Source: Bugula neritina
Lineage: Eukaryota; Animalia; Bryozoa
NCBI GenBank assembly: GCA_964035545.1
Contig: OZ037766.1
Location: forward strand, 12,700,722-12,764,721
Length of the DNA stretch: 64,000 nt
Reading direction: 5' to 3'
Part shown: in pieces, positions 39,950 through 52,060 of the stretch
Layout: each line of letters begins with the position of its first letter
Position numbering within the stretch: position 1 is the first letter of the stretch
Translations under genes and position numbers: made by a program
The notes under the pieces: model-generated
Database searches by the model: none
What the model was told of the DNA's origin: nothing
The model's input: the letters and a program-made list of their open reading frames with translations, nothing else

Positions 39950-41594
39950 ATGAAAAGCTCTCTTGCTGTAGTTTTACTTTGTCTGGCTCTTGGAGAGGTA
40001 GCTGCTCAAGTGGATGAGAAATGTCTAAGCTGTTTGAGACAGGTAAATTATAGATAGCTGTTTTGTATAACATGCAAACCTTGTTAGAATTTATGTATTT
40101 GAATGTTATTGAATATAGTTAGTATTACTATAATAATTAATAATTGGCAAAGCAGAACTGTTTTTTTGATGCTGCAAAATTATTTTTATTAAATTTTATT
40201 TCTACAAAAAAACTACCAGCAGGTTTTAACTCTACCTTGTTTTATTGTCAGTGCTTTCTTTTTGCTAGTATGAAGATGGTCCAATTGACTCATGTTATAC
40301 ATCCTTTGGTACCAAGATTGCCTGTGGAGTTTTCCACATCTCTAAGCCATTCTGGGTTGCTTGTGGAAGCATAGGATACAGTAAGTCAGCTGCACTTTAC
40401 CATATTTGATTGTACTTGATTATACTTGCAGTTACATGATTATTTAATAACTTGATTATCCTAGATAAATTGATAATACTTGACTACTTGAAAATTAGTA
40501 TGTTAGTATATGTATAGTAAATATCCTACCACAATATTCTAGAAGCAACTTATAAATGGTTTACAAGCACACTATTACTTTTACTTGATCTTAGTTGGGT
40601 GTTCATCCTATAAATCTTGAGTTTAAAAATAAGTATATGTATGAATGGTAATTTTAAACTTCATTCTTGATCTACATAAAAACTCACGCAAGTTTATGGT
40701 CACTATCCCTGTGAGAAACCCCTGATGGAAAGGGTATATATGTTAAAGCGGGCTATGGACTTATATAAATGAGGCACAAGAGCAATTATGACCGGATGCT
40801 CTTCCTAACATCACCAATGGCCTTTATCTGGGCTCGAACCCATGACCTTCGTGTTTACTAGGCAAACGCTCTAACCCCTAGACCACGGCTGCTCCCTCAT
40901 TCTACATATCATGGCAAAACATTAATTTTTGATACATTTTACACTTTTTAAAAGCAAAAGGTTTTCATGTATTTGTCATATGTCTATAAGCAGTTTCTTT
41001 GGAGCAAATTTAAAACTGTGACAAACTATAAATTTTGTCAATGGTGCAGTGAGAATTGGTTCCTATTGCTTAAGTTTTGAATTCAGATGTGCTACTCATG
41101 ATAATATGTTGCAATAAGCCAATTGGCCTTAAATTAGTTTGCTTTTGTTGGAGCACAAGTTAAACACCAATAATTTGCAAGCTTGCTGATTTGTTTATTT
41201 TTTAACACGTAAGCCCTTTAGCACACATCTTTTTAATGTCAAACTATTTGTGCAAACTTAATTTTCTTTTTTGCTTGTGTAAATTTTGATTTCAATATGT
41301 AGCCAATATCTACAGCTGCATAGTGATTGTAATTACTTTCTGAGACTTTTTATAGACTGGGAGCGATGCACTCAAGATGAGTTTTGCGCTGGAAAATGTA
41401 TTCAGAATTATTTCAGAAGATATGCTAGCAGATGTGCTGATCAACTAAAGAAGCCTGTTTCTGAGCTCACCTGCGCTGACTATGTAAGACTGCACCACGG
41501 ACCTGATGGCTGCAGTATGTCTTCTAGCCTTAGACACTCCGGTGCAATTAGTAACTGCATGTGGCAAGATAACATGTTTAGTAAAAAGAAGTAA
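39950..41594 (+). CDS. L4: secreted i-type lysozyme-like protein (recent duplicate of L3)
   Basis: Exons 39950-40042, 40269-40380, 41356-41594: MKSSLAVVLLCLALGEVAAQVDEKCLSCLRQ|YEDGPIDSCYTSFGTKIACGVFHISKPFWVACGSIGY|NWERCTQDEFCAGKCIQNYFRRYASRCADQLKKPVSELTCADYVRLHHGPDGCSMSSSLRHSGAISNCMWQDNMFSKKK*. Confidence 0.85.
40679..40900 (-). mobile_element. tRNA-derived SINE, best-preserved copy, in L4 intron 2
   Basis: Minus strand GAGCAGCCGTGGTCTAGGGGTTAGAGCGTTTGCCTAGTAAACACGAAGGTCATGGGTTCGAGCCC (A and B boxes, AGT anticodon-like loop); candidate TSD TCTACATA at 40671 and 40901; absent from the paralogous L3 intron. Confidence 0.85.
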
Positions 41595-43562
41595 TTGATC
41601 AAATATTTAGTTGATTTGCAGCCCCAGCTTATTTGTCATAACTAACCAAATTTTTGCATGGGGAGCTAAATTACCAGATCATTCATGGTAAATTCATATT
41701 TTGAGAAAATAGATATTAGCATTCTATGATGTTTGCTACTTTTTAATGATATTATTATCTAATTAGTTTTCTCACCAATAAACAAAGAGTTTTAAACTTT
41801 CTGATGATCTTGTGTTGTTTGTTTACTCTGGTTGTCACAAAGATTTATTATGCAGTATTTCAGTCTAATGAAAAGCTGTCTTATTTAAGCTGTAGGCTGC
41901 ATTGATTTATATTATAGCTATTATCTCACAAGAAATAAAGTTGCATAACTCTTTTAATATTATCAGACTATTACATGGCTATGTTTACAAAAATAGTTCT
42001 TTAATATACAACATAATTACTTACTATAATACTCTTTTTTAGCATTAGCATTAGCATTAGCATTAGCCAAAACATACTTCAGCTAGTTCAACTTTAATGA
42101 GCCATATATAAATTAGTATATGTTAGTATTTCAGACATAAAAAGGAAATCAATATAATAAATAATAAACAGTAAATATAAAATAATAAACAACAAATAAT
42201 AAGAAGGCAGAATTTACACCAAAGTTTTTAGGTATATAGAAGAGAATATAGTTATAAATGAATCAGTATAACTTACAGTTAAAATAAGTAGCTTTAAACC
42301 AAAAGTTAAAGTTATAAATTTTGTTGACATTAAAAACCTATTTTAGTGCAGAAATTAAACTACGCTGCTTTCTTAAACAATGAAATAAATAAATAGCTTC
42401 TTTTGCCAACTCATCCAGTTTTACCATATTTTCTACATTTATTTTTAAAAGTTTACATTTCATATAATTGTAGCTATCATCCTATTACTTTTGTCAGTCA
42501 AAATATGTGCATGACTAAATAGCCAAGAGAAGAAAGTATTAGGCCAGTGCAAGTACAATGATATTAAATAGCAACTATAACTGGCCAAAAATCTAGTTAA
42601 GCTCGACATAATCGCCATAAGATGTGTTAATTAAATTTAGCAATTAGTCACAGTTTCGTGCATGTAAAAGAACAGTTAGTGCCTGTACATTATTTAAGCT
42701 GCTGCAGTGTTATTATTAATCACTTTTACCTGTGGAATACAATATAAACCTAGAGTTAGTGACAAAACACTACTTTTATGTAAAAAAAACAATATCAAAT
42801 GCACACAATAAAAATAAATTATTTCATTTTACTGGAACAGTGCATATTATGAACTGGAAAGAGTATAGTAAGAAAGTGAGCAAACAGTTGCACATGGTAA
42901 ATGCTAATTAAATTGAAGACCTACTATAATACCCAGACTAACTAGTACTTAAGCACAAGCCAGAAAAACATAAGCTGCAACTAACCGGTTTATTTACTGA
43001 AATTATACACTATAGGTAACATAAAATGTATTAACAACGCTGTATTCATAGTTGTGCAATATACGTACTTAGCATGCAATAAAATGCCAGTTTCTGACAG
43101 GTTTGGCTGCTTTAGAGGTTAATTCTATTTTATAAACATAGAATTAAAAATAAATAAGCATATAAATCTGTTAAGAAACTTTTAGTAACTCACAACAATG
43201 TTACATTTCATCTGTAGGCTAATACACCGTACCTAGTATATCTATAGTATAAAGGTTATATAATATTATTTTCTTGTCATTATAATTACTTGAAGAAAGG
43301 TAAGCTCTATATTTAGTATGTTATGATACCAAATATATTTACTATAAAGACTTTCCTTTACTTACTTACTCAACCTATATGTCTTTCTTTTTAATTTTCC
43401 TAAGAGAGAAAAGAGCTCCTATAATTATTATTCAAGTTCCTTGAAACTTTATATATTTTTAGCAATAAAATATAGTATATTTGAGCACTATAATTACGTT
43501 TTGTCTGTACTTGGCAGGCTGAAGCTGGTCTTTGCTGAAATTGTGTTAATTCAGACAAAAAG

Positions 43563-45425
43563 ATGATCAAATTTCATTCTCTAGTAATACTGTGTCTGAC
43601 TATTGGACTAGTAACCTCTTATATGCTGACTGATGAATGTCTCAGCTGTTTAAGACAGGTAATGTGAACTTACAGGTATATTATAATCTACGATTATTTA
43701 ACAAATTGACATTTATAAATTTTTATCTTTTCACAATCTTTAATTTGCACGCATCAACATATTATAATGATGACTGTATATAACATTCATAGAAAAAGAA
43801 GGGAGATAAGACATGCCGGTGGAACTGGGGGAACAAGTCATGTGGAACATATCACATCACGGAGGAGTTTTGGTCTGATGCCTACCAGAGAGGATATTGT
43901 AAGTGTATCTGCCTAATTTTAAGTATAGTTGCTGCGTCATCATATTATATATTCTATACTGACAAGGCAAAAAGCCAGAAGCACATATAAAATATGTTTT
44001 ATAAAATGTACAATAACTCAAACTTCTATTTAAAATATTATTCTAAATATAGAAGTTTGAGTTTGCAGATAAAACTGAAATTATCTGTCACTCAGCACCA
44101 TGTACCGTTGGAAAGCTTAAAACTAATTACACGGATCTAGTTCAACACAAAACTGTATTGCACACTAGAGAAATTAAATTTATGATACATGCCAGTGTGA
44201 AAATGCGTAAATAAAAACCAGTATAGTTATGAACAGTAATATGATACATGTATAAGAGGTTTCACTCCAGATAGATGCTTCCCAGTTAGAAGTTTCCCAG
44301 TTAGATGCTGTTTTTTTATTTTGGTGCTACGTATAGTAATGTACGTGTATATATATATACTTATATAATTGTTGCATTGATTGCTAAACATGAAATAATA
44401 GATAATGTGAATTATCTGAAATAATATTCCAATTTTTCACTTATTTTTGCAGGACAGTAATTAATATACAATAATAATAAACGCTATCTTCAATAAATAC
44501 TTATTAATAAAAATAAGTTTTTAAGCAAGAAGTATAGACAATTCAAAATTAATTAGTTAATGCAGATCAATGGAACTACTTTCAAGACTTAAAGAAAATA
44601 TTTTATACTCTTGTTTCAATAATATATCGTATATATTTCAATAATAAATTACACATAAAATACATATATATCATACCAAAATACATAAATAGCCTCTAAC
44701 TGAAAAGCATCTATTGGAGATGGCACTTTGCAAGACACTGCTGCACAGATTGATTCCAAAATATATTTTTTGATGGGTATTTTGCTATGATCAAAATATA
44801 TCGAATTTGAAAAAAAATTCAATTTTTTAGTAACGAAGTGACCTATAGATCGTTTTTTATAGTAAGTTGATATTTAGATGCTACTTATATTAACAGATGT
44901 TTAAACATATATACGTACCTATTTTATTTTTCAACATTTAATTGTTATAGCTATTATTATTGCAGTTGGCAACTGGTAAAAGTAATGCAGATATCATACG
45001 GCATCAATTTAATTTTGAAGAATTATAAATTTTCTTTATAGAGAGTCTTTGAAGCTCTTATTTGTTTTTTCAATACACATGGCAAACCAGTTCTATCGGC
45101 TATACACAATGGTGATTAATGCAATACCATTAATGTATTTTTAATATACATTATTTTCAAAGATGCTTTATTTGTATGCATTTTTATCCAATGTAGCATA
45201 TTTGCAGCATATGAAACTTGTACTAAGGATGATCAATGTGCTGAGCAGAGCATGATGTCGTACTTCCGTCGATATGGTGAAAGATGTGCCAAACAACTGA
45301 AAAAGGAGACATACCAGCTGACTTGTGGAGATTATATAAGACTGCATGATGGAGGACCTGATGGTTGTTCTAAATTTAGCACTATCAATGCCTCAGGGTC
45401 AATAGACAGGTGCATGTCACGATAG
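43563..45425 (+). CDS. L5: secreted i-type lysozyme-like protein, catalytic Glu replaced by Lys
   Basis: Exons 43563-43658, 43793-43898, 45208-45425: MIKFHSLVILCLTIGLVTSYMLTDECLSCLRQ|KKKGDKTCRWNWGNKSCGTYHITEEFWSDAYQRGY|SYETCTKDDQCAEQSMMSYFRRYGERCAKQLKKETYQLTCGDYIRLHDGGPDGCSKFSTINASGSIDRCMSR*. Not called in the ORF track. Confidence 0.83.
44258..44727. mobile_element. MITE, same family as 27173-27669, in L5 intron 2
   Basis: GGTTTCACTCCAGATAGATGCTTCCCAGTTAGA... ...CTCTAACTGAAAAGCATCTATTGGAGATGGCACT; internal similarity to the 27.2 kb copy (CAAGAAGTATAGA, GCAGATCAA). Confidence 0.75.
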
Positions 45426-46320
45426 GGGATTTCAAGAAGAACATGTTTAGCTGCAGTGACAATTCCCTACTTTGTCAGATAAACACATATTCCTAAATCA
45501 TTCTGTAAACTTGTGTGGCTTGGTCGCTTTTGATTGTTAACTAAAATAGTAGTAGCCTAATCTTGCTTTTAGTGAGCAACCTTGATGTAAGCTGCATGTA
45601 CATTGTTAGAGATGCATAGGTTTTGCTTCTACCATGTCACCATGACTTCTTTTTACAATACAACAATATTGTAACTTATTCTAATAATAATTTTTGCTCT
45701 GAAAATACAATACAGCAAAAACAGTCACTCGCAAATGCATCACACGTTAAATATAATCCATGTAGTAAACTTTGTGGCAGCCATGTCTGATCAAAGTAGT
45801 ATAATCTACACCTTGAGGTAAAAAACAGTGCTTCTATATTAAGTTTGAGTTTAGTTGATTTAATTTAGTTAAAATAATTTTTAGCAACCTTTAAAGTTTA
45901 AGGCATCGTCAATTATACAACTTCCCATTTTATAGTCCAGATGTAAAAATCTCAGTGAATGCAAAAGTGTGTGAATAATTATTTTTTATTTTTTTGAAGC
46001 ATATTCTATTTTACAAGCATAGAAATATATAATTGCCTAAACTTAGATAGTTCATACTATAAACTGAATATAAAGCAATTAAAAATTGCAATGATACTTA
46101 CAGCATTTGGTTGAACAATAGAGCTTTGAATTTATTTAATGAAATTTGCAATCTTTTGTTCTGTTTTCTTTTAATATTATGTTTAAGAGTATAAATGAAA
46201 AACTTAATGTGATTAGCTATAATTTATTTGTCAAATTATTTAATTACTCTGGTAGAAGAAAAAATTGCTATTATGCAACAAATGCATTATTCTGGTATAT
46301 ATAGTAAAATTAATGATCAC

Positions 46321-46472
<152 letters not shown>

Positions 46473-46578
46473 AATATAAAACCATTCAATAAAAACTTAG
46501 AGTAGGTTTATCCCACAACATTCTAAATTATTAAAATGTATTGATTGAGATGAGAAATTGTAAGTATTTAGCACTTTA

Positions 46579-48020
46579 TCAGGCCCGTATTGGGCATCTC
46601 CTATTCATTTCAGCCCATGCATCGTATGTTTTAGAACTGGAACAGCCGTTATTAGGTCCTCCATCATGTAGTCTAATATAGTCTGCACAAGTCAGCTCAT
46701 AAGGCTTTTTATTTAACTGTTTAGCACATCTGGCACCATATCTGCTAAATAATGTCCTCATACACTCACCAGCGCAGTGATCATCTTTGGCACACTCCTG
46801 AAATCCTGTGAAACACATGCAAAACTTCAAACATGTCTTGGTTGCCATTTTTTATTTTATAGTTTGTAATGGTACTTTTCTAATTTATGAGTTATTAAGC
46901 TGCAGCTACATAAAATGAAAATGCCTATGGCTGTTTTTGAATTTATATGTATTTTCAGCATTTTTAAATCTTTTTAAGTTTGGTAAAAACACTGATATGT
47001 AGAAAAATTAAGAAATGTGGAATGTGTAAAAACTGTCCTATTTTCAACTATGCATTTTTAGCAACACTTGTACTATACTCTTTTTTTACAATTCTAGCTA
47101 CCTATATATAACTTTTTAATAACTATTACTATAACATATACATTAAAATTTTCATAAAACTTAATTGCACTAGAGCTTGATTTAATCTAATAATTTTGAT
47201 GACCATTCAAGAGCTACAACTATATAGGTACTGCAGTTATGTACTAGGGCTATAAATTAGCAATCTAATATTAGCAAGGTATATTTATATAATGCACCCA
47301 TCTGAAATCATCTATAACATATGCAGCCCCAAATTGGGGTGATTTAGTGCAACAGTTGTAGCATGATCTGGGTTTGAAGTTAGGAGAAAGTCAAAGTTGT
47401 AACCTATACTCCCAATTCCAACATTGAGAACCTCAAACTACTGCACTTAGTTAGTTACCCCATCTTGTGGCTACTTTTAAAAAGTTTTCACTAACCTAGT
47501 CCTCTTCTACCACAAGAGTTCCAGAATGAATAAGTCATCACATAGGATCCACAAGTGAAACTTCCCCACCCCTTGTAACAACCATTTTTTGGGGCAGTAG
47601 TGCTTTTGTGCTGTTAAGGATAAAATCACTGGTTTGATACTAAATGCAAACGCCCAGAAAAAAGTACTGGGGACGAAAATTTTATTAACATTGTAATACA
47701 ACTTATAATAAATAATTACTGTAGCATAAAGTTTTTTAAAATAGCTTCGACTATATTTTAAGTAGCAAAAATGTTGAAGTCACTGCCAATTAAGGACTTA
47801 GAATTTTCAAATAATTGCAATACTATAGTCATTATATTAAACAAAAACTCTGCCCTAATTACTAAATAATAATTTATATTATTGTATTAAAAGAACTTTG
47901 AGCTTTAAAGTTTATTTACAATACCTGTCTGATGCAACTGAGACACTCATCTGTCAGTACCTGAGAACCAACCAGTCCAAGAATGAAGCTGAATACCACC
48001 AAACAGCAAACTCTACCCAT
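46579..48020 (-). CDS. L6: secreted i-type lysozyme-like protein (only minus-strand member), Glu replaced by Lys
   Basis: Exons 47925-48020, 47496-47610, 46579-46805: MGRVCCLVVFSFILGLVGSQVLTDECLSCIRQ|HKSTTAPKNGCYKGWGSFTCGSYVMTYSFWNSCGRRGL|GFQECAKDDHCAGECMRTLFSRYGARCAKQLNKKPYELTCADYIRLHDGGPNNGCSSSKTYDAWAEMNRRCPIRA*. Confidence 0.85.
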
Positions 48021-48559
48021 TTTTCTGTTAAATATATTATTCTATAGCATTTGAGAAAAATAAATGTGTAGGTAAATTTTGCATCTTGTAAAACATAACA
48101 TAAAACTGTCTAAGATCACCATATTACGTTTCAACAGATTTAGAAAAAATTAAGGATTGATGAGCTAATTTAAATATTCGAAATGATAGTTCAAAAATAT
48201 TTTAAAGCTGATCTAACTATTTAGTATAATAAGGCTGTAAAAGTTGCTTTTACATTGAGGAAAATATTTAGAAGTTAAGTCTTTTTAGCTCAAAGCAACA
48301 CACTCCTGTCTTTTTCACCCTATTTATTTTTTATTTTTTTATAATTCTTAAATACAAAAAACCTGTTATTCTTTTGCATTTAGGAGTATTATTGCCTTTC
48401 TTACCATAATGTGACCAAAAACATAAAATAATATCAATATTTGTTTTTTAAAAGGACAAGTTTACCTTATTAACTTACCTTCAATCATAAAAGTTTATTC
48501 AGTATCTGGCTACTGTAGAAGTAGTAGAAGGCTATATGCTACTGTTCCAATGCAGTAAA

Positions 48560-48591
48560 CTTTATAGGAATTTATTTGTATACTCTATTGG
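48560..48591 (-). promoter_or_regulatory. Putative L6 core promoter: CCAAT (48587-48591) and TATAAAG (48560-48566), upstream of a short non-coding exon ending at a GTAAG donor (~48478)
   Basis: Motifs and spacing seen on the minus strand; no transcript evidence. Confidence 0.5.
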
Positions 48592-50066
48592 TCTATTCTT
48601 AGATTGTGTTTCAATATTCAGGTTATTAAAATGTTTATATACTTTTCTTATATATTTAATCTGTTTTCAAAGTGAAGCTTTAACTACATAAGCACCCAAA
48701 GTCAGACTATGCAACTTCTCCAAAGAGTTGCATAGAATTATATTGCAAATGCTTAGCAACGCATGCTAATAATAATGGAAGATTGCCAAACTGCTGTAAC
48801 TTATTACACTACTACTAATAATAATATTCAGGATGATGTATAAATGAGGCACGTAAAGCAGCCAATTTCTAAAATTCAGGACAGCAAATAGTTTAAAAGT
48901 ATAACATATAATTATTTATTACTTCTACTTGCAACTATTTCAATAACTCTAATTAATTTGTAAGAGTAAAATTATATTGTAAAATTTTTAAAAAAAACCT
49001 TAATTTATAATATCATTTTATTCAAAATAAAATATTTACTCCAGCAGTATAATTCTGGAAAAATCAACAAATATAAGACATCTATTCTGTTTCGAAGTCA
49101 GTGACAAATCTTCATTATATAACAAAACATTTCAGAATTAATTTATTCACTCAATTTTCCATATTTTAATTATTAGCCAAATGATGGAAAACAGAAGATT
49201 TGTTATGTTAGTAAATTTATATAAAAATAGGCTTTAGATTTACGGTAATGTAGAGTTTTACTTGAGCGTATTACATTTATACCTTGCTATTGGTTTATAG
49301 GCAGTCCATAGAGTTAACATGGCACTAGCAAAAGGCTTGCTAATCAGAAGAGTTATTTAAATTAAGCCCAGGGGGTTAAAATACTTACCTATATAAAAGT
49401 CTGATATGAGTGCTTAGCTAAGTAGCTTGCTAGGAACAATCATGCATTTAGAAGAAGACTAAGCTGTATAGTGCCATAAATATTTAGGGTTGCGTTTGTG
49501 CTCTTATGTAATATTTCAGACATTTCAAGGGTAATACGCTAATAATTTGACCTATACACTTTTGTTTACCTTCAGGTGGCATGATGTTGTCTTGTAGACT
49601 AGTATTGTAAGTTGTCTTCCCGTGAATTCATTAACAAACAGATAAGTAATCATTTAAATACCACAGCAAACACAGAGTGAATGGCTTCATGGATGAATCT
49701 TTGTAAATAGCTGACAAGTTACCGTGGAAAAACTTAGCACTATGCAATATGGTAGTATATATAGCCTAGCTACAATTAGTAATAGTGATGGTAATATAAC
49801 TGCATAATTATAGTAGCCAAGATTGGTAAATAGACATAGTAACTCAAATAAATGTTATTAAACAATCATCTCCAGTGTCTATATTTGAAGAAAAGTTTTT
49901 CTTACAAAAAGTAGTTTTGCCTTATATATTTTATGTTTAATGCGAAATTGTGCTGCATATTTTGGACATGACAATCTATAATATGAAGTGTGAATATATT
50001 ATTTGTAATAATTGCTAGTCTTACTTAAACTTTGCATTTTTCTGCTCTGCTCTATTACTCTACTAT

Positions 50067-50148
50067 ATACACTGCACAATATGTCTGGTGTTTTCTCTCA
50101 TTGCTTTAAAGTAATGACAGAAAACACCAGACATATTGTGCAGTGTAT
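50067..50148. repeat. 82-bp near-perfect palindrome (41-bp arms, 2 mismatches, no spacer); possible tiny TA-flanked MITE
   Basis: ATACACTGCACAATATGTCTGGTGTTTTCTCTCATTGCTTT / AAAGTAATGACAGAAAACACCAGACATATTGTGCAGTGTAT. Confidence 0.9.
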
Positions 50149-50325
50149 GTATAAACTCACGGAAGTTTATAATCATTATCCCTGTGAGAAACCCCTGATA
50201 GAAATGGTTTCTGTTAAAGCAGGCTAAAGACTTATTTACATGAGGCACAGGAGCAAATAGGACTTGTTTCTCTTACTAACATCACTTGTAGCCTTTGTCC
50301 TTGCTGGAACCCATGACCTTGTGTA
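50149..50325 (-). mobile_element. tRNA-derived SINE, 5'-truncated copy
   Basis: AAACTCACGGAAGTTTAT...CCTGTGAGAAACCCCTGAT...GAACCCATGACC matches the 40.7 kb copy. Confidence 0.75.
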
Positions 50326-51204
50326 TATACTTTGAAAAAAGGCTTTAAGACATGTAGACTCTCAGTGTATTGTCGTTAAAATTCGATTAGATTTAGTTAA
50401 AGCCTGACTATTCAAAGCACACATTGCAATTTAAGCTGCATGAAATAAAATGCTCTTATTACAATGTAGCAGTACAAGAGAGTAAAATATACTAACATAG
50501 ATTATCCGCTGTTCAATGTTGTTACAATAACTATACACTGAAGCTACAGTGTATTAGTTTTTCAATAATGTGAACAACTTTAAATTAAATCTAGTTTATT
50601 GACATAGTACTTAAACAAGCCTATATATGACACACGAAACAATAAATTCTAAAGGAAAAGCCGCTATTCTTCCTTTACTTATAATAGCCAGTTAGTTTAC
50701 CTGCACATTTATGTATTGCTGGGAAAGGTTGAGAGGTTAAATTATTGCCACAACCGAAGTAAGGGAGGTGAGTGTAGATCCAAACTATTATCTTTGTATA
50801 ATACTTTGATTTTGATTTAAAGTTTAGCACATAACTAATGATTTTGTTAACAAGTTTTGAATTGTATGCTAGTATGAAATATGAACTGCAGAAAAATTGT
50901 GTCGGAGATTTGCAGTACTTGAAAGTTGAATTTACAGCTGAAAATTTATTAACTCCACTTCAATCAATACTCTATGTTATAGCGTTTCAAAATATATGCT
51001 GTTTATATTGTTTTAATATATTTTGCGCCACTCATCTCGCAATAAAAATAGCGTTTAATTGTTTGTTGAAGTACCCAAAGATGTGTGCATTAAAATTTAC
51101 ATTATTATTATGTGGAAAATGATCAATTTTCAGGATTTGTCAGCATTGATCTAGTTTCATTTTAAACAGCATATGTGTTTATTTGTTTACAGCTCAGACT
51201 GAAA

Positions 51205-52060
51205 ATGGTTAAAATACACTCAGTGTTGTTGATCAGTTTATTTCTCAGATTGGTAACCTCACAGATACTAACTGAAAAGTGTCTCAGCTGTTTAAGACAG
51301 GTAAACTAGCCAAAAGCTCTTCTAACAAATATTAGTATGTTTTGTCACATTAATTTTCTTGCAAAAACTAACACTGAGCTGAGTACAATAAATAATATTC
51401 ACAGCATAAGGAAGGGACTGAAGGTTGCCGCATGACTTGGACCGACACATTTTGTGGAAAATATGTCATGTCAAAAGGATTCTGGGAAGCTGGTGGTTAC
51501 AGAGGACTTTGTGAGTAGTTCAGCTCCTGTGTTATCATAGTTAATTTTAATTACCTGCAGTCCAAAATTTAAAAGATAAACAACCTAGCTGCAGAATATA
51601 GTTTAAAGTTATACATGTATATATGCATGCTAAGAATATTACATAAGTTCAAGTTTTCAAACATGATGTAAATACAATATTATTGGCAACATATTCAGTT
51701 GCACTTCTCAACTCCCTATATTCAAGTTAATCTGATATAAAACACATTACGTAACAACAGCAGTTTTATTGTTGTGCAATATTTCTTGCAGAGATCTGGT
51801 ATTTTTTATATAAAATTATATTCAAAATTATAACTTTTGCAGCATTTGAGGCTTGTGCTAGTGATGATGATTGTGCCGCTGATACTATGAGGATTTTCTT
51901 CTGTCGATTTGGTGAAAGATGTGCCAAACAACTGAATAAGGAGACATACCAGCTGACTTGCGGAGATTATATAAGACTGCACAATGGCGGAGCTGATGGT
52001 TGTTCCAGATCAGATACTCTGGCTGATTCTAGGTCAATAGAAGGATGTATGTCATATTAG
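51205..52060 (+). CDS. L7: secreted i-type lysozyme-like protein, Glu replaced by Lys
   Basis: Exons 51205-51300, 51405-51510, 51843-52060: MVKIHSVLLISLFLRLVTSQILTEKCLSCLRQ|HKEGTEGCRMTWTDTFCGKYVMSKGFWEAGGYRGL|SFEACASDDDCAADTMRIFFCRFGERCAKQLNKETYQLTCGDYIRLHNGGADGCSRSDTLADSRSIEGCMSY*. Not called in the ORF track. Confidence 0.83.

Noticed and set aside
40144-40374. ORF-track proteins overlapping lysozyme-like exon 2 (also 47507-47701 and 58941-59162)
   Set aside because: Wrong reading frame; the spliced frame yields the conserved C...CG...FW..CG pattern
40825-40895. tRNA-Thr(AGT)-like sequence
   Set aside because: Lacks a proper acceptor stem and continues into a body shared by five dispersed copies, so it is a SINE head rather than a tRNA gene
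41801-41830. Other CTGATGA heptamers (also ~22143 and ~25484) as possible hammerhead cores
   Set aside because: No stem II followed by GAAA and no flanking stem I complementarity
42040-42067. (TTAGCA)n hexamer run resembling a telomeric repeat
   Set aside because: Only about 4-5 units and not a canonical telomere motif; an ordinary microsatellite
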